Shown here in pieces: positions 63,301 to 64,000 of a stretch of DNA of 64,000 nt. Origin of the DNA: Oikopleura dioica (lineage: Eukaryota > Animalia > Chordata); the NCBI GenBank assembly GCA_907165135.1, contig OU015568.1, forward strand, positions 11,160,001 through 11,224,000, in the 5' to 3' direction. The position numbers were made by a program, and so were the translations under genes. The notes under the pieces were generated by a model that saw nothing but the letters and a program-made list of their open reading frames with translations, was not told the DNA's origin and searched no databases. Numbering within the stretch: the stretch's first letter is position 1; each line of letters starts with the position of its first letter.

Positions 63301-63549
63301 ACTGTACAAACTGTCAACTCAACTGACCGTTTCTGAGAAGAAATGCTCTTTGTAAATATTTTGAATTGAGCCTCCTCTGCCTGTAAACCTGTAAAATAGC
63401 TATTTTTCATACACGATGCGGCTAACACTACCTGCTGTGAAATTAACCTGTGCTCTTGAAAAGAATTCCAGAGCTTGCCTCAAATAAATTCCTTCTTACT
63501 GACAGAACAAATTTAGATCGATTAATTCAGAATAGGTCAATAGTATATT

Positions 63550-64000
63550 TTATATATCATGAACTTTTTTGGGTGAAAATAGCAGCTTTTTAGAAGTTTC
63601 AGAAAAGGAAGAAGAAGCAGTGTTTGCATCGGCGATCCAATTTTTCAAAATTGTAATGTACTCAGTTCGAGTAGCGGTCACTTCTTCAGGATCAGCTGGG
63701 TTGTCTGCTCGAAGGTCCAAGTGGTGAGCGCCTTTGGAAAGAATAAACACGTAATTTCTGGGGCCAGCTTCTTCTGCAGCGAGAACTCCTCCAGAAGACC
63801 ACGGATCTAAAGAGTTTTAACAGGTTTAGTCATACAAGCCTACCGAGTAATCCATTCGAGAAGATTATGCCACCGATGGTTTTCATTGTCTCAACAGAGA
63901 AGAACATCTCTGCCCAGTGCTCACGAGGGGTTGTTCCAAAGGTCGATTCGCAGTTTGCAGAGTATGTTGGGAAGTCGTAAGTGTGGACTCGGAACATGTC
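63550..64000 (-). CDS. Prolylcarboxypeptidase / DPP7 family (peptidase S28), 3' portion
   Basis: IIFSNGLL|DPWSSGGV and GAHHLDLR..DP..V..R motifs (catalytic Asp and His). Confidence 0.88.

Overview
Compact, intron-dense animal DNA. The 35-60 nt introns, GC/GA donor sites, acceptor sites directly before ATGs and operon-like gene packing point to the appendicularian tunicate Oikopleura dioica (inferred, not proven). Recognisable genes, in order: ankyrin-MYND protein, XBP1 (with ERSE), rhomboid, tandem trypsin-like protease, UBE2G1, WBP1-like, PYM1, TBC1D31, four Mpv17/PMP22 paralogues, a divergent POFUT2-like gene, CENP-E, UTP15, C8orf76-like, a divergent GT31-like gene, ABCC5-like transporter, a cellular RNA-dependent RNA polymerase, lipocalin, troponin T, a cbEGF protein and PRCP. 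There are six DNA-transposon insertions of several superfamilies. Main observation: the RdRP (40598-43985, DLDGD motif) appears to splice in frame into a C-terminal YTH domain, an apparent RdRP-YTH fusion that could couple m6A or sequence recognition to secondary small-RNA synthesis. Also notable: two MITEs inserted in coding exons of conserved genes, each offering splice sites (candidate nascent introns); a predicted 17-nt IRE1 intron in XBP1; and a candidate peptide precursor nested antisense in an intron. All gene models are hand-built and all family calls come from motif recognition, not database searches.
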